A stretch of 64,000 nt of DNA. It comes from a virus. How positions within the stretch are numbered: position 1 is the stretch's first letter; each line of letters opens with the position of its first letter. The stretch lies in the IMG/VR virus record IMGVR_UViG_3300042549_007727. One strand, 5' to 3'. Of the stretch, positions 61,001-64,000 are shown in pieces. Under the pieces are notes generated by a model. The model was not told the origin of the DNA and searched no databases. It saw only the letters and a list, made by a program, of their open reading frames with translations. The translations under genes were made by a program, and so were the position numbers.

Positions 61001-62324
61001 CAGCTATGTAGGTACCAACACCAGAGAACTGAACCCAAGTTATGTCATCTACTCCAACTGCAAAAGTTCCAGCATTTTCAACTAATGCAACCCATCCAGT
61101 TGATCCGTTAGTAGCTCCTTCTTGAACAAAGACATAAGACGATGGAATTTCTTCGGGTTCGTCACAGAAAATGCAGCGCTTTAGCACCCAAGCAGTTCCT
61201 GCATTTCCAACAACAGTTATGTAGTAGCGACCATTTTGAATAGGGTTAGTCTGATCTTTAACTAAAATTCCATCTCCAGCTGACCAGCCGACTGACAATC
61301 CATCAATAGTTAAAGTTGCAGTTGCAGGGATAGTAAGAGTTGCGTCAACTCCATTTGTTCCATTGTTGTATGTAGCAGTTATATTTTCTGTAGTAGCCGC
61401 TAATACAGCCGGTCTTACATGAAGACCTTCGGCGACAGCGTCAACGTAACCCTTAGTTGCAGCATGGTCCGACTGCGTAGGTTCACCTAAATCTGTAAGC
61501 TGGTTGCCGTCCATTAACAGGTCGTCGCCCATAGTTTTATTAGTTAAAGTTTGAGCTTCTGTAGTTCCGACAATTTCATCAACGCCGTGACTAGATGTAG
61601 AGCTCGCGTGGTCGGATATCTGGGTATTTGTATAATCCTCTGCAGCAGTCTGCGCTGCTGTTGCTTTGGTTTGAGAGCCTGTCTGAGTTTCTAGCTCAGC
61701 GGTGTCACTTATACCGTGAACTCCCAGTGTTAGACTACTGTGAGTAGTGACTGCTTCGTCTGCATAGCCTTCTGCGTCGTCTAAAGCAGTTGACGCTGAA
61801 CCATATGCATCATATGTGTTTGCAGTTACAGAGATTGCACCAGTCGTGTCATTGTATGACAAACCAGTCCCAACAGAATTACCAACTGCATCCTGAGCAA
61901 GCTCAGCAATATCTGCAGAGTTTGCCTTGGAGTTTATCTGAGTCTGAATAGAAGAGGTAACGCCATCTAGGTAACCGATTTCGGTGTCAGATACTCCGGT
62001 AACCTTGTCTTGCTTGGTTCCCAGTGCGGTAGATACTGTGCTAAAAAAGTTTGGGTCATCATTAATTGCAGCAGCTAGCTCATTTAGAGTGTCTAGGGTG
62101 CTAGGGGAAAGATCAATTACGCCAGCAACAGCTGCTGATATTGCAGAGGAGATTTCAGTAGGGGTTAGCCCGGTGTATGCCAGCGAAGTCCAAGCTGTAG
62201 AGCCATTACCAATTTTAAGCTTAAGGGTATCGCTCTCAAACCCAAACTCACCCGCAGATAGCGTAGGGTTGGTTGACGTCCATTGGGCCGCTAAGCCGCG
62301 CCGAGCTTGAATTTTAACTGCCAT
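58029..62324 (-). CDS. long tail fibre with Mtd_N-like N-terminus and internal repeats
   Basis: [46 protein letters not shown]; 3x VGLG.VDNT.D..KP.S.A.Q; several Y(L/V)(D/E)GVTS.IQ.Q; 2x AATKGYVD...QNG.Y...W...R; ends IMGAY. Confidence 0.8.
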   Translation of the reverse strand: MAVKIQARRGLAAQWTSTNPTLSAGEFGFESDTLKLKIGNGSTAWTSLAYTGLTPTEISSAISAAVAGVIDLSPSTLDTLNELAAAINDDPNFFSTVSTALGTKQDKVTGVSDTEIGYLDGVTSSIQTQINSKANSADIAELAQDAVGNSVGTGLSYNDTTGAISVTANTYDAYGSASTALDDAEGYADEAVTTHSSLTLGVHGISDTAELETQTGSQTKATAAQTAAEDYTNTQISDHASSTSSHGVDEIVGTTEAQTLTNKTMGDDLLMDGNQLTDLGEPTQSDHAATKGYVDAVAEGLHVRPAVLAATTENITATYNNGTNGVDATLTIPATATLTIDGLSVGWSAGDGILVKDQTNPIQNGRYYITVVGNAGTAWVLKRCIFCDEPEEIPSSYVFVQEGATNGSTGWVALVENAGTFAVGVDDITWVQFSGVGTYIAGLGIELDGNIISTDYAVTASKDYVDTSTETSLTVAKDYTDDQIAIHAGTTSNVHGIADTTELTTFADVTSAIETHTGETLNIHGVADFSLLVNGELLASAIADSKATHNEEIGLLLAEKAPIDSPIFEGTVALPADVTVIKNVTELYDLAAELEKIDLKLDSSDAETTYAPLESPTFSGNVVLPESTTIGTITSNELNVLDGITVSTTELNYVDGVTSAIQTQLDSKAPTNNPTFTGTVAGVTKSMVGLGDVDNTSDIDKPVSTATQVLINQKAALNSPTFTGTVAGITKAMVGLGNVDNTTDANKPISSATQTALDLKATTAALTAHADDTTGIHGIADTSLLETTTGAQSKADQAETDANTFTTAAIDALTTSVIEEGTNLYFTNERAQDAVGDNVGNGLTYNDSSSAISVKLGTGVEFDGSGNIKITDSVITNSGTQTLTNKTIDTADNIITVEVADVSDLTATAAELNTLDGITASTEELNYVDGVTSSIQTQIDGKASLAGATFTGTVSGISKSMVGLGNVDNTSDTNKPVSTAQQTAIDGRLALSGGTLTGALVLPGSPTTDLQAATKGYVDSVATGLSVSEPVVAATVGNLAGTYDNGTAGLGATLTKASNGAIGTIDGATVTVGARILLRAQTDAKQNGIYTITALGDGSNPWVITRATDADNSPSAELTGGSFCLVTDGSTYANAGFVVTNVGTVVIGTDDISYEQFSAAQNITAGTGITKVGSEIAIDSAVVATLDASTFTGTTVLPVTTSIGDVTGTEIAYLEGVTSSIQDQLNDKAPKASPTFTGTVIMPLVAGVVKSSAGGVLSVGNVSPSEVAGTAVVNADARLTNSRTPTGPAGGDLTGTYPNPTLATSGVTAGSYTNANITVDAKGRITLAANGTGGGASLAVSATPPTGASEGALWFNTEQAGIYAFYDGYWVLTSGEAGPQGPAGPTGPSGESLPTGGTTGQFLVKLSNTNGDAGWTTLPTDTDIMVIMGAY

Positions 62325-62349
62325 TATATTCTACCTTTAATTTCTACCA

Positions 62350-62850
62350 TTAGCCGTTTATAAACTCTGTAGTGTTGTAGAGACCACCATCTATTGTACC
62401 AGCGAATTCAGTGGTATTATATGAGCCTCCATCTCCAGATGTCACTCCAAAAGCAACTAAAAGTTCTAGGAAACTAGTGTTTACCCACGCGTTTACTGAA
62501 CCGTCATAAAAAAGTACTTCTCCATTAGCTGGAGTCGGAGTTGTTACGTCTGTTAAATCTGTTAGTGATACTGCTCCAGCAGTGTCATCTACCCACTGGG
62601 TGTTGTAGTTGTCGCCATTAATTTTTGCAAGAATCTGTCCAGCAGTTCCACCTGTTGGGACTCCCGGGCCTGTTGCACCTGTTGGTCCTGTTGCACCAGT
62701 TGGTCCAGTAGCGCCAGTGGGGCCAGTAGCACCAATGGCATAGTCGTAACCAACGGTCTCCCAGGCAACGCCAGTCCACTTCCAAGTGCTGGTTCCAGCA
62801 GTAAATACGTCATTGACTGACGGGGAATCTGGGAAATTAATAGCTGACAT
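62350..62850 (-). CDS. short collagen-like protein with MSAINFP module, probably leaderless
   Basis: GAT/GPT tract, GGTAGQILAK and LTDLTDV. GGTAGAAT ends 6 nt before the ATG. Confidence 0.75.
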   Translation of the reverse strand: MSAINFPDSPSVNDVFTAGTSTWKWTGVAWETVGYDYAIGATGPTGATGPTGATGPTGATGPGVPTGGTAGQILAKINGDNYNTQWVDDTAGAVSLTDLTDVTTPTPANGEVLFYDGSVNAWVNTSFLELLVAFGVTSGDGGSYNTTEFAGTIDGGLYNTTEFING

Positions 62851-62870
62851 TTATCTATTCTACCCTATTT

Positions 62871-63998
62871 CTAAACCGCAAAGTCTCCTCCGATGCGAGC
62901 AACTCTAAAACGAAGTAAGGTGTTGAAAACTGTAAAAAGTCCGCCAAGCAATATCTTCCCGTCTGACTGAGTAACTATTGAAAAAATAGTGTCACTAGCT
63001 CCGGTGCCGGTATTTGTGCTAAATGCTGTATCTCGTGTCCCATCCGAGTTGAGTCTTACAATGCGGTTTACCGTTGTACCGTTAAAAGTTGTAAAATTCC
63101 CGCCAAGCAGTATCTTTCCATCTGATTGAACAGCTACCGAGCTAACTGTGGTGTCTGCCCCCGTGCCAGTATTTGCGCTAAATGCTGTATCTACTGTTGC
63201 ATCTGTATTAAGCCTTACAATGCGGCGGGCACTTACACCATTAAAACTTGTAAAGTCTCCACCTAACAATATCTTCCCATCTGATTGAACAGCTACTGAG
63301 TTGACTGTGTTATTAGCTCCAAAACTAAACCCAGGCTCAATAACAAACGTTGCGTCTCGTGTTCCATCTGCATTTAGCCTTACAATTCGAGTTGTTGTTG
63401 TCCCTTTAAAGCCTGAATAAGATCCGCCAACTAATATTTTTCCATCTGATTGGATGGCTATTGAGTTAACTGAAGAATTGAACCCTGTTCCAATATTTGT
63501 TATAAAAGCAGTGTCTACTGTTCCGTCTGCATTAAGTCTTGCAATACGGTTTACCGTTGTACCGTTAAAGGTTGTAAAGCTCCCGCCAAAAAGTATTTTT
63601 CCGTCTGTTTGAACAGCTATTGAGTTGACTCTGTTATCTGTCCAACCCCCGGTATTTGCCCTAAAAGCTGTATCCATTGTCCCGTTTGCATTAAGTCTTA
63701 CAGTCCGGAATGACGATGTACCATTAAAATCTGTAAAGTCTCCGCCAATCAGTATCTTGTCATCTGACTGAATAGCAATTGAGACGGCGTTGGAATTAAG
63801 TGCTGTTCCAATATTTGTCATAAAGTCGGTATCTAATGTTAGATCCGAGTTAAGTCTGACAATACGACGGGCACTCACGCTATTAAAAAAATAAAAATCT
63901 CCAACTAATAAAATTTTGTTATTTGATTGAATACCTATATCTCTCACTAGGCCACTAACGGAAGGTATCTCCCCTAATTCTCCATCTGAGCTGAGTTT
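62871..63998 (-). CDS. 5'-truncated delta-60 repeat beta-propeller protein
   Basis: Seven ~55-aa repeats V.S.A.QSDGKIL.GG.FT.FNG....RIVRLN.DGT.D..F. The frame stays open to the window edge. Confidence 0.85.
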   Translation of the reverse strand, partial: KLSSDGELGEIPSVSGLVRDIGIQSNNKILLVGDFYFFNSVSARRIVRLNSDLTLDTDFMTNIGTALNSNAVSIAIQSDDKILIGGDFTDFNGTSSFRTVRLNANGTMDTAFRANTGGWTDNRVNSIAVQTDGKILFGGSFTTFNGTTVNRIARLNADGTVDTAFITNIGTGFNSSVNSIAIQSDGKILVGGSYSGFKGTTTTRIVRLNADGTRDATFVIEPGFSFGANNTVNSVAVQSDGKILLGGDFTSFNGVSARRIVRLNTDATVDTAFSANTGTGADTTVSSVAVQSDGKILLGGNFTTFNGTTVNRIVRLNSDGTRDTAFSTNTGTGASDTIFSIVTQSDGKILLGGLFTVFNTLLRFRVARIGGDFAV

Positions 63999-64000
63999 TA

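Noticed and set aside
58029-62324. Diversity-generating retroelement suggested by the Mtd_N-like N-terminus
   Set aside because: No reverse transcriptase, C-type lectin variable region or adenine-specific TR/VR pair is seen in the window.

Overview
This window is an internal 64 kb piece of a large tailed dsDNA phage genome (siphovirus-like), and both ends cut through a CDS. The host is probably an actinobacterium: the phage has WhiB, a hexamer/pentamer-type capsid pair, an MSMEG_6728-type glycosylase and apparently leaderless genes. A freshwater habitat is inferred, not shown. Layout: (1) 1-17.7 kb (+), head, neck and tail genes, including a -1 frameshifted tail chaperone, tape measure, Dit and a tail spike with an intramolecular chaperone. 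(2) 18.2-33.7 kb, replication and repair: PolA, RuvC-like resolvase, SNF2 helicase, PD-(D/E)XK nuclease, AAA ATPase, SSB, a putative GT-B enzyme, UV glycosylase, WhiB, GT2-TPR, a phosphoesterase and a primase-helicase. (3) 33.7-64 kb (-), a 30 kb block of virion appendage genes: collagen-like fibres, two paralogous ~1000-aa proteins, a long fibre and a beta-propeller. The best candidate for an undescribed system lies inside this block. A gene for FN3-FN3-(Pro-Phe-Phe-Pro)17-Hint is followed directly by eight 2OG-Fe(II) prolyl-hydroxylase-like oxygenases and two DUF6065-like proteins, and then by Gly-Pro-Thr collagen fibres. This looks like a phage-encoded post-translational tailoring pathway for virion appendages. 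I found no tRNA, rRNA, CRISPR array, integrase or reverse transcriptase. Family names come from motif recognition, not database searches.
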